A stretch of DNA of 44,955 nucleotides from a virus (Duplodnaviria > Caudoviricetes), in IMG/VR virus record IMGVR_UViG_3300017766_003782, positions 1 through 44,955 of that record; one strand, 5' to 3'. Under the pieces are notes generated by a model. The model did not search any database. It was not told where the DNA came from and was given only the letters and a program-made list of their open reading frames with translations. A program made the position numbers and the translations under genes. Below, piece after piece: positions 19,191 through 26,447 of this stretch; position 1 is the stretch's first letter; each line of letters begins with the position of its first letter.

Positions 19191-19651
19191 ATAACATCGG
19201 AAAGCAGCTCAGCTTTGCCTGGATGGTCTTGACTCTAATGGCTGGGGTGTTCATCGGGTCGATCATCCGCGAACTGTTGCCCAGGCAGACCGCTTACTAC
19301 AACGTGGTGGTCATGGAGAGCCAGGTCGTCGATGGGTACTGGCATCTGCAAGCAGGGTTCATCAAGAAGCCCAACTGTGAGAAGGTGAAAGTCGAGTTTG
19401 TCCTTGGGTCTGGCGACGTCACAGCGCTCGGCCTGTGGGAAGACGGCGATGGCCTGCCGCCCGACGATGATCGGATAGCGGGCTGGAGCGTGCTGCGAGG
19501 AAAGGTATTTCTTCGAGGCCAGGACTGGGACTGGGCAGAGGTCAGGACTCGACACCTTTGCGACGGTCACCGGGTTGAGGGTGTGCTTGTGCATACCAAC
19601 TTCCTTCCTGAGCCCGAGGGTTGGCTATCACAACTGAGGAACCACAAATGA
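19187..19651 (+). CDS. Membrane-anchored hypothetical protein in lysis cassette
   Basis: ATGA overlaps on both sides; N-terminal TM segment; beta-rich domain with two Cys. Confidence 0.6.
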   Translation: MNNIGKQLSFAWMVLTLMAGVFIGSIIRELLPRQTAYYNVVVMESQVVDGYWHLQAGFIKKPNCEKVKVEFVLGSGDVTALGLWEDGDGLPPDDDRIAGWSVLRGKVFLRGQDWDWAEVRTRHLCDGHRVEGVLVHTNFLPEPEGWLSQLRNHK

Positions 19652-20628
19652 CACGATACAACAAGCAGATACTCGAAGCCGCTGGTCAGTATCTGGCCAT
19701 GGCTGAATGGCCCGGCGCCAAGCAGAACCCCGAGATTGTCGAGCTGTTCGAGAATGTCGGGCATGGCTGGGTCAAGGACGACGAGACGCCCTGGTGCGCG
19801 GCGTTCGTGGGCTCGGTGCTCGCATCGCTCGGCCTGCCCCACACGGGTAAACTCAACGCCCGGTCCTACACCAGCTACGGCTCTGCTGTGAAGCTTCAGG
19901 AGGCCAAGCCCGGCGACATCATGGTCTTCTGGCGTGGCACCCCGAGCAGCGCTCAAGGACACGTTGCCTTCCTCGTGGAGATTGATGGCAACCGGGTCAA
20001 GGTGCGCGGCGGCAACCAGGGCAACAAGGTGAGCGACTCTTACTATCCGATGGAGCGCATCATTGCCATCCGCCGGGCAGACAACGTGCAGACCGATGGG
20101 AAGCGGCCCGTTGTTCGTGAAGGCGACCAGGGCGTGTGGGTCCTCGACCTGCAAGTGCAGCTCAAGCAGCTGGGCTATCACGTGGGCGAGCTGGACGACG
20201 TGTTTGGCTCGCGTACCCGTGGCGCCCTGGTTCGCTTCCAGAGCGACAACGGCCTTGAGCCTGACGGCGTTGCAGGGCCCAAGGTGTGGAAGGCGCTTGA
20301 GTCTGCACCCCGCTCCCCGTTGCGCACGGTCTCCGAAGCGAAGATCCGCGAGGAAAGCCGCACGATCCAGACCGCTGACAGTGGCAAGCGCGCCACGGCT
20401 GCCCTCGGTACCCTGGCCATCGGCGGCAGCGCCATCGGGGCAATCGAGGAGGCGGTGGCAGTAGGCCAGCGAGCAGGGGGCATCATCGAGCAGCTGAAGT
20501 CGGCAGGCCCGTCGTTGCTCGTGATCCTTGTGGTGATCGTCGGCGGTGTGTGGATCTACCAGCGCTTCAACCGTGTGACTGAGCTTCGGATCGAGGACGC
20601 CCGCACGGGTGCCAACGATAAGATATGA
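19648..20628 (+). CDS. Endolysin: NlpC/P60-CHAP-like peptidase (TIGR02594-like), peptidoglycan-binding domain and C-terminal TM
   Basis: DDETPWCAAFV, GHVAF, GGNQG; PG-binding LQ.QLKQLGY...DDVFG..T...LVRFQSDNGLEPDGVAGP; RBS GAGGA. Confidence 0.9.
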   Translation: MTRYNKQILEAAGQYLAMAEWPGAKQNPEIVELFENVGHGWVKDDETPWCAAFVGSVLASLGLPHTGKLNARSYTSYGSAVKLQEAKPGDIMVFWRGTPSSAQGHVAFLVEIDGNRVKVRGGNQGNKVSDSYYPMERIIAIRRADNVQTDGKRPVVREGDQGVWVLDLQVQLKQLGYHVGELDDVFGSRTRGALVRFQSDNGLEPDGVAGPKVWKALESAPRSPLRTVSEAKIREESRTIQTADSGKRATAALGTLAIGGSAIGAIEEAVAVGQRAGGIIEQLKSAGPSLLVILVVIVGGVWIYQRFNRVTELRIEDARTGANDKI

Positions 20629-20861
20629 TCTGGGCGCTCAACAACTGGAAGCTGGTGCTGATCCTCACACTGGCGTTCATCATCGGGCTGGTGGGGCTTA
20701 GGTCCCGCTGGCTCAACAACAAGCTCGAGGCTGAGCGCGTGAAGTCCCGCCAGCTCGAGGAGTACCAACAGCAAAGGAGATATGGTGATGAAGTGGACAA
20801 GCGCATTGGCACTGATGCTGCTGCTGCCCGCCGGTACCTGCATGAACGCAACCGAAGGTAG
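20625..20861 (+). CDS. Putative inner-membrane spanin (Rz-like)
   Basis: N-terminal TM plus coiled coil, directly after the endolysin. Confidence 0.6.
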   Translation: MIWALNNWKLVLILTLAFIIGLVGLRSRWLNNKLEAERVKSRQLEEYQQQRRYGDEVDKRIGTDAAAARRYLHERNRR

Positions 20862-20994
20862 CCTGGTCGGGTACTGCGACGCCACGGCCTCGGACCGCGA
20901 CCAGGTGTCGAGGATCGCTGAGCAGGAGGCTTCGGATGCGCTTGTCGTCCCGCTCGGCAGGTGGATGTACAAGACCGACCTCGCCTGCCAGTAA
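20788..20994 (+). CDS. Putative outer-membrane spanin (Rz1-like lipoprotein)
   Basis: Overlaps the Rz-like gene in another frame; RBS AAGGAG; hydrophobic leader ending in Cys (atypical lipobox LLPAGTC); C-terminal Cys. Confidence 0.55.
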   Translation: MKWTSALALMLLLPAGTCMNATEGSLVGYCDATASDRDQVSRIAEQEASDALVVPLGRWMYKTDLACQ

Positions 20995-21077
20995 AGAGCC
21001 GGTAAAAACGGGCGCTGGCTGGGGTCTACGCCCCTGACCTGAGGGGTACCTTAGGCAGACAGTCGACACACAGCCCA
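20993..21077. repeat. Imperfect hairpin element, copy A (homologous to 34799-34881)
   Basis: Collinear blocks AAAGAGCCGG..CTGGC..GTCTA..AGGGGTAC..AGGCAGAC..ACACAC.GCCC shared by both copies. Confidence 0.75.
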
Positions 21078-21083
21078 CACACG

Positions 21084-21115
21084 AAAAAGCCGGGGTGGTT
21101 TGCCCCGGCTTCTTT
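21084..21115. terminator. Bidirectional intrinsic terminator between convergent late and replication operons
   Basis: AAAAAGCCGGGG-TGGTTTG-CCCCGGCTTCTTT. Confidence 0.85.
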
Positions 21116-21136
21116 GTTCGTAGTCGACCCAGCGGG

Positions 21137-21472
21137 TCAGGCGGCTTTCTTGCCCGACTTCGGCTTGTCAGCGGTCTTGCCCTTGGCGTCAGCCTTCGGG
21201 GCAGCGGCCTTGGCGGCTTTCGCGGCGGCAGCCTGCTTCGGCAGCTTCTCGGAGCGGGCCTTCAGGTACTTGACCACTTCGTCGAACTCGGCCTTCACGT
21301 TCCAGCCCCAGACCCGGTCCGACTTCTTGAAGGTCGACTCGCGCAGGGCAACCCGGATGGAGGCGGGCTTCAGGCCAGTCGCAGCTTCGATGTCGGTGAT
21401 GCCATACTTGAACTCGGTCGGCTTGGGCGGGACCGGCTTCTTCTTCTCTTTGGTCGCTTCTTTGGTAGCCAT
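21137..21472 (-). CDS. Basic Lys/Ala-rich putative DNA-binding protein
   Basis: RBS AAGGA; HTH-like ITDIEAATGLKPASIRVALR...WGW and a histone-H1-like tail. Confidence 0.7.
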   Translation of the reverse strand: MATKEATKEKKKPVPPKPTEFKYGITDIEAATGLKPASIRVALRESTFKKSDRVWGWNVKAEFDEVVKYLKARSEKLPKQAAAAKAAKAAAPKADAKGKTADKPKSGKKAA

Positions 21473-21473
21473 G

Positions 21474-22871
21474 TTATCGTTCCTTCTTCAGTTGGTTGAG
21501 GACTCTTGCCCCGGTTAGGTGCTTCATCAATACCAACTCATAGAGCTCTTCGTCAACAGTGCCCTTCCCACATAGGACATAGATGGCGGTAGGTTTATTC
21601 TTAAGCACCGAGTCCATCCGGGCCTTTGCTTGGTCCCAGTCGATGAAGCTATGACCCATGGAATGGATGATGGCATTGTTCGCTTTCCACAGGTCGACCC
21701 CGACTCCTCCTGTGCGGATCTGGCAGACGATGAAGTCGTACTCTGCTCTCTGGAACGCGCGCCAGATGTCGGGCCTCAGCTTCTTCTTGGTGCCACCGTA
21801 CACCTTGACCACATCGTAGCCCCGGTCCTCGAGTGCCTGGTGGATCTGGTCAGTGTCGGGCTTGAATGCCGTGAAGATCACGACTGGCTTGCTGAGGCCT
21901 GGTAGCATGGCGAGCAGCTTGCGGAGCTTGGCGCCGCCGATGTACTCCAGCTCTCCGTCCTCGTCGTACACGAAGCCCGATGCCAGCTGCCGGCGCTTCA
22001 TGATTGTCGTGACCTCCATGCCCGATGCTAGGATCTTGCCGCTGGGCAGGGTAGTGACCGCGTCCTCGTCCATCTCCTGGTAACACCGGCGCTGGTGACC
22101 GAGCAGGGGAACCAGGATCTTGTGGATGGTGGGCGCCACGATGCCGACATCCTGCTTCTCGAGCCGGAAGCAATAGGGCTTGATGAGCTTGACAAACTGG
22201 GGCAGCTTCTTGTCGTTGAACTTGGCCTTGCCCTTGAGAATGCGCTGCTGAAGGATGAGCCTCTGCCACATGTGCGACCCGGGTCTGTGCTTGTCCAGGT
22301 TGATGCGCTTAAACTCCATGTACTCTTTCTCGAAGTCTGCCCAGTTGGTGCCGAAGACATCGGGATCCAGGAACCTGAACTGTGCGAACAGGTCCTTCGG
22401 CTGCTTCTCCATCGGGGTGCCAGTCAGGATCAGCTTGCGACGTACCCAGCTCAACCGAGCTGCCGCCTTCGATTGCTTAGACCCGCGGTTCGCTATCCTG
22501 TGGGCTTCGTCGATGGTCGCTGAGTTGAGCTTCTTGTACTTGCAGAGCTGGGCGATGATGCGGGGTAGCTGCTCAAAGTGCACGAGGAGGATCCTGTGGC
22601 CCTTGTGCTTCTTGAACTCTGCCAGGTCAGTGAACACCGCGACCTCGGGCAGGAACTTCGCCAGACCATCAGCCCAGGTCGACTCCTTGTTGTTGAGCAG
22701 CCCGACTAGCACGGCGCAGAGCTCGTCTGGTTCGTTGTCGACCCAGTGCCGGAAGAGCGCCAGGGTCACGTAGGTCTTGCCGGTCCGCTGCTCGCACAGG
22801 AGCGCCACGCAGTCTCTGCTTAACGCGAACTCGAGAGCCTCTTGCTGCTTGGGCCAGAGCTGTATTGACGA
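21474..22871 (-). CDS. SNF2-like superfamily 2 helicase
   Basis: QRTGKT, DEAH, LTGTP, GGVGVDL, Q..AR motifs; RBS GGAGG. Confidence 0.92.
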   Translation of the reverse strand, partial: SSIQLWPKQQEALEFALSRDCVALLCEQRTGKTYVTLALFRHWVDNEPDELCAVLVGLLNNKESTWADGLAKFLPEVAVFTDLAEFKKHKGHRILLVHFEQLPRIIAQLCKYKKLNSATIDEAHRIANRGSKQSKAAARLSWVRRKLILTGTPMEKQPKDLFAQFRFLDPDVFGTNWADFEKEYMEFKRINLDKHRPGSHMWQRLILQQRILKGKAKFNDKKLPQFVKLIKPYCFRLEKQDVGIVAPTIHKILVPLLGHQRRCYQEMDEDAVTTLPSGKILASGMEVTTIMKRRQLASGFVYDEDGELEYIGGAKLRKLLAMLPGLSKPVVIFTAFKPDTDQIHQALEDRGYDVVKVYGGTKKKLRPDIWRAFQRAEYDFIVCQIRTGGVGVDLWKANNAIIHSMGHSFIDWDQAKARMDSVLKNKPTAIYVLCGKGTVDEELYELVLMKHLTGARVLNQLKKER

Positions 22872-23151
22872 CATCAACCGCCTCCTGTGGGGATCGTACT
22901 ATGGTGGCCACTCCTCCGCCCGTCATGACAATGCGACGGATGGTGTCGAGCTGGATCTTGCTTGGCCTCGAGCTGCTCCTGGGCAGCTTTATCTCGAGCG
23001 CGAAGAACATGCCGTCCACACACCCGATGAGGTCGGGCACACCCGCTGGGGTGAAAGGCCCGCCATGCATTTTGAACCACCAGCCGCCCACCTGGGCTTT
23101 GAGGAGGGCCTGGACCCGGCGTTGAAGCCGGGACTCAGGTTGCTTTGCCAT
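22669..23151 (-). CDS. VRR-NUC domain nuclease
   Basis: ESRLQ, GVPDLIG, ALEIK, S..Q motifs; the 3' end overlaps the helicase by about 200 nt. Confidence 0.85.
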   Translation of the reverse strand: MAKQPESRLQRRVQALLKAQVGGWWFKMHGGPFTPAGVPDLIGCVDGMFFALEIKLPRSSSRPSKIQLDTIRRIVMTGGGVATIVRSPQEAVDVVNTALAQAARGSRVRVKQRLRGAPVRAADRQDLRDPGALPALGRQRTRRALRRASRAAQQQGVDLG

Positions 23152-23152
23152 G

Positions 23153-23383
23153 TCAGCTCTCGACGTTGCCGAGGTACTCAAGCGCCTCGTCGATGGAGGA
23201 CTGTGCGGACTCGAGCGCGTCGGCTGCCTGGCCGATGGCCTCGCCGCGTTCACCCGACTGGAGGCTCTCGCTCAGGTTGTCGTACTTGTCGCGCTCGGCG
23301 GGCGCCAGCTCGTCGACGATAGCCTTGGCCTCCTCGAGGAAACCGATGGCCTTGGCGAGCTGCTTGCGGTCGTTCTTGTTCAT
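23153..23383 (-). CDS. Conserved phage helical hypothetical protein
   Basis: RBS GGAG; MNKNDRKQL...E.DKYDNLSESLQSGERGE. Confidence 0.75.
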   Translation of the reverse strand: MNKNDRKQLAKAIGFLEEAKAIVDELAPAERDKYDNLSESLQSGERGEAIGQAADALESAQSSIDEALEYLGNVES

Positions 23384-23402
23384 TGTACTTCTCCAGGTTG
23401 GT

Positions 23403-23418
23403 GGGGGCCGAAGCCCCC
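23403..23418 (-). other. C(UUCG)G tetraloop hairpin between two small genes
   Basis: GGGGGC-TTCG-GCCCCC on the - strand with no U tract; probably a stabilising or processing hairpin. Confidence 0.55.
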
Positions 23419-23424
23419 GGTTGA

Positions 23425-23646
23425 TCAGACGGACATGAAACCGTGTTGGGATGCGAACCCCACGTACCCGCCGTGCTGGCGGACGTATTCCCCGGCGAGG
23501 AAGATGGCGGTCCACTGCCCGTCGGTCTTGCGGCAGATGACGTAGCGGGCGCCGTAGGTGTCGAGCCCTGTGCGGGTCAGTGCGCGCTTCAGGTTTGCTT
23601 CGGAGGCGTAACCCTTGCAGTCGTCGAGGGTGATGAGGGTCTGCAT
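23425..23646 (-). CDS. Hypothetical protein
   Basis: Preceded by the repeated promoter/leader and RBS GAAGGA. Confidence 0.75.
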   Translation of the reverse strand: MQTLITLDDCKGYASEANLKRALTRTGLDTYGARYVICRKTDGQWTAIFLAGEYVRQHGGYVGFASQHGFMSV

Positions 23647-23691
23647 GTCGTGTGTCCTTCTTCAGGTTGGTAGTGGTTGGTCGATGAAGAT

Positions 23692-23720
23692 ACATTACCG
23701 GCAATCCGATGCCATGTAAA
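23692..23720 (-). promoter_or_regulatory. Sigma70-type promoter, repeated family
   Basis: TTTACA-N17-TAATGT followed by ATCTTCATCGACCAACC leader. Confidence 0.8.
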
Positions 23721-23727
23721 CAGCAAA

Positions 23728-23758
23728 CACAAAGAAGCCCCGGTAAACCGGAGCCTCC
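23728..23758 (-). terminator. Intrinsic terminator after SSB gene
   Basis: - strand GCTCCGG-TTTA-CCGGGGC followed by TTCTTTGTG. Confidence 0.75.
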
Positions 23759-23813
23759 ATTGTCAGAATGGAATAGGATACCCGTACCGGTCATGCCAGT
23801 CGGGGCAGTCCCC

Positions 23814-24665
23814 CTAATCCAGCAGCCCTGCTTCTTCGAGCGCGTCCAGCACCGCGTTGCGCTTCTTGCGGAGCGTCTTGTGGTCGGCCAGGTCGACGTC
23901 CAGGTCATGCTGCTCGATCAGATCTTCCAGCTCGTCCTCGTTCATCTCGTTCAGCTCGTCTTCGGAGACGCCGGCCTTCTTCTTGGCCTTGCCCTTCGCT
24001 TTCGACTTGGGCTGCTCCTCTTCCTCGTCGTCGTCTTCGACAGGAGCCTTGCGGGACTTGCGGCCCTTCGGTGCGGGCTCGTCCTCTTCCTCGTCGTCAT
24101 CAACCGGCTTGGTCTTCGAGCGACGCGACTTGCGGGCAGGCTTCTCGTCTTCCTCGGGCTCGTCCTCGTCGTCGTCCTCGACCACGGCCTTGCCTTTGGC
24201 CTTCGACTTCTTGACGGGCTTTTCATCCTCGTCCTCGTCGTCGTCAGCAGCGCCGCCACCTTCGCTCGGCCAGAACTCATCGGGGCGAACGCTCGAGCCG
24301 CCATCCCAGCGCTCCAGATAGGTCGAGCACATGGCAGTCAGGCCCACGAAGTCGTCGGGCGAGATGTCCATGGGGCCGTCAGGGATGTCCATGCCGAATG
24401 CTTCCATGAGCGGGCGCAGGCGCCAGAGCGAGCTTTCGGCTGTGGAAGCTTTGTGGTACATGAAGGACTTCTCATAGTCCTCGTCGACGCCTGCCAGCTT
24501 GAGGTTGAAGTACGGGGCCTTCGTGCCGTCCTCGAGTGTGCACTCGATGATCTTGACTTCATATTCCTTGCCCGGTTCGAAGGCTTTGCCGACGGCGCTC
24601 AGGTCGAGGCGAACGCCGGTCTTCTTGCTGGCTGCGCGACGAGCGGTACGTGCAGATCTTGCCAT
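23814..24665 (-). CDS. Single-stranded DNA-binding protein-like (DUF669-type OB fold) with long acidic/basic tail
   Basis: YEVKIIEC, SLWRLRPLMEAFG, DDFVGL; D/E- and K-rich repeats; next to the Sak4-like ATPase. Confidence 0.7.
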   Translation of the reverse strand: MARSARTARRAASKKTGVRLDLSAVGKAFEPGKEYEVKIIECTLEDGTKAPYFNLKLAGVDEDYEKSFMYHKASTAESSLWRLRPLMEAFGMDIPDGPMDISPDDFVGLTAMCSTYLERWDGGSSVRPDEFWPSEGGGAADDDEDEDEKPVKKSKAKGKAVVEDDDEDEPEEDEKPARKSRRSKTKPVDDDEEEDEPAPKGRKSRKAPVEDDDEEEEQPKSKAKGKAKKKAGVSEDELNEMNEDELEDLIEQHDLDVDLADHKTLRKKRNAVLDALEEAGLLD

Positions 24666-24667
24666 GG

Positions 24668-25510
24668 TTATTCTCCAGAGATTATGTCGAGGATGTCCTC
24701 GTACGTGGGGTTCTTCAGAAAGTCCGGTAGCTCAACTGACTTCGGCTTTCTGAGCTTGGTTATATAGTAACTGTTGGGACCCAGTCGAATGCAATATTCT
24801 TTGCGGGTCTTCTCCACACTCCTTCCCTTCTCGTCCTTCTTCTTGTAGGTGTGCTCACGGATAAACGTGTTGCCGATCATCGACACGGCAGCGCACAGGT
24901 GAGACATGACGCTGGGCGACAGACGTGGGCCGACCTCTGGGTCGATAGCGCCATCCGATGCCTCCTCGTCCTCGACGTTGAACACGCGGTCCTGTGCAAG
25001 GAATACGACTTCCATCGGCAGGTCGCGCATGTCGGTGATCCAGGTCTTCAGGCGTGAGGATACCTCGCCCCAGTCCTGCTTGGTCATGGTGCCCCATTCG
25101 CCTGGCGCCTTGTTGCCCTTGATGCCCTTCGAGTTGGCGATGTCCTCGATGACCAGCTGCTGGACCTGCGTGATAGTGTCGATCACGACTGTCTTGTACT
25201 TCTTCGGGTTCTGCTTCAAGTGCCAATACAGGTCGTCGATGTCTTCCCAGTCTGTGGCCTCAAACACCTTCAGGCCTTTGACGTCAGACACGCTGTCGGT
25301 TCCCTCGTCCTTGACGTCCACAAGCAGGATGGGTCCTGGGAACGAACAGGCGAGCGTGGTCTTGCCGCTGCCTGCTCGGCCGTAGATACACCAGGACCTG
25401 GGCTTGCGTATCTCTGACACGTCCTTCACTTCGATGTCCCTATTCCTCGATGTCTTCGTAGGCGACGAAGTGGGCGTCGCTCTCCTGCTCCGGCCGGTCG
25501 CTGGTTTCAT
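24668..25510 (-). CDS. AAA_24 / Sak4-like ATPase (ssDNA annealing recombinase)
   Basis: IYGRAGSGKTT, YKTVVIDTIT, DWG motifs; RBS AAGGAG before ATG 25510. Confidence 0.85.
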   Translation of the reverse strand: MKPATGRSRRATPTSSPTKTSRNRDIEVKDVSEIRKPRSWCIYGRAGSGKTTLACSFPGPILLVDVKDEGTDSVSDVKGLKVFEATDWEDIDDLYWHLKQNPKKYKTVVIDTITQVQQLVIEDIANSKGIKGNKAPGEWGTMTKQDWGEVSSRLKTWITDMRDLPMEVVFLAQDRVFNVEDEEASDGAIDPEVGPRLSPSVMSHLCAAVSMIGNTFIREHTYKKKDEKGRSVEKTRKEYCIRLGPNSYYITKLRKPKSVELPDFLKNPTYEDILDIISGE

Positions 25511-26447
25511 ACTCTCTCTCCTTGATGTAGTCGAAGTCGTTGCCCTGCATCTGTGCGCGGCAGAGCGGTTCGAAGTCACACCATGTGCAGTGTCGCTCGA
25601 TGTTCTTCTCCTTGACCTTTCCGTGCAGCTCGCGCATCTCAACAGCGGATGCGATAAAGTCGGAGAAGACGGCCTTGGATACTTCGGGCTTCACGGGTGT
25701 GTAGATCCTCTGGAACCACTGCTTACGGTTAGCGGCGACTGAGCGCTTATATTCCCTGTACTCACGTGGGTCAAGCGCATACTCCTTAATCGCGGCAGCC
25801 ACAGCAACCGGCAGAGTGTCGATGCTTTTCTTGCTCAGTGTGCCATCCTTGAGCAGAGCAGGTCGGCGCGGAGCCTTCGACCAGATGTAGTCCCACAGCG
25901 TGCCGTCGACTGGCTTCCAGCCCAGGATGTCCATGGCCCGGAAGTACGATACCGACTGGAGGTTGCGCCACCGGTCGTCGTCCGTCGGCTTGCGGTTGAA
26001 CGTCTTGTGCTCGACTAGCCAGCGAAGGCCATTGCCACTCTTGGCAATCGCGTCGATCTTACCGTTCCAGAGGATCCCGGGCACTATCTCAATCTCGAAG
26101 CTGTGCTCAGCTGCCTTGCCCGCCTTGCGGATGTAACGCAGGTCAGAGTCCTCCCAGTGGTTGAAGTATTCTTCCATGATGTCGGACACGTCCTGGAGCA
26201 GCTCGCCATACTGGGCCTTCTCGGCCGCAAAGAGTTTCATCTGCTTCGGGTCCAGGCTGCGCAGGACGTCGAACGGGTCGTGTCCGTTGGCGTCAGCCTC
26301 GATCATCATGTGGACGAGCGTACCGAACACCAGCGGCCGGGATTTGCGCTTCTTACGCAGCTTCTCCACATACTTGTAGTGGTACGCCTGCCGGCAGCGT
26401 CTCCAGAGCTTGACCTTGCTTTGCGATACCTTGAACAGATTGCTCAT
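25440..26447 (-). CDS. PD-(D/E)xK (RecB/Cas4-like) exonuclease
   Basis: S.SK...W.RC...Y, FGTLVH, GKID, VEHKT, Q..SY, C-terminal C..C.....C; ATGA overlap with pol. Confidence 0.88.
   Translation of the reverse strand: MSNLFKVSQSKVKLWRRCRQAYHYKYVEKLRKKRKSRPLVFGTLVHMMIEADANGHDPFDVLRSLDPKQMKLFAAEKAQYGELLQDVSDIMEEYFNHWEDSDLRYIRKAGKAAEHSFEIEIVPGILWNGKIDAIAKSGNGLRWLVEHKTFNRKPTDDDRWRNLQSVSYFRAMDILGWKPVDGTLWDYIWSKAPRRPALLKDGTLSKKSIDTLPVAVAAAIKEYALDPREYREYKRSVAANRKQWFQRIYTPVKPEVSKAVFSDFIASAVEMRELHGKVKEKNIERHCTWCDFEPLCRAQMQGNDFDYIKEREYETSDRPEQESDAHFVAYEDIEE

Noticed and set aside
22669-22871. C-terminal extension of VRR-NUC overlapping the helicase as a functional domain
   Set aside because: The sequence after the nuclease core looks like read-through in an alternative frame of the helicase and has no motif
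23153-23908. 251-aa ORF in the track, and similarly over-extended starts at 2017, 5676, 37210, 38789 and 43390
   Set aside because: The extensions run through terminators, promoters or other genes; downstream starts have good RBS or stop-start coupling
25440-26447. Cas4-like nuclease as evidence of a CRISPR system
   Set aside because: No repeat-spacer array or other cas genes; it sits in the usual SSB/Sak4/exonuclease recombination module
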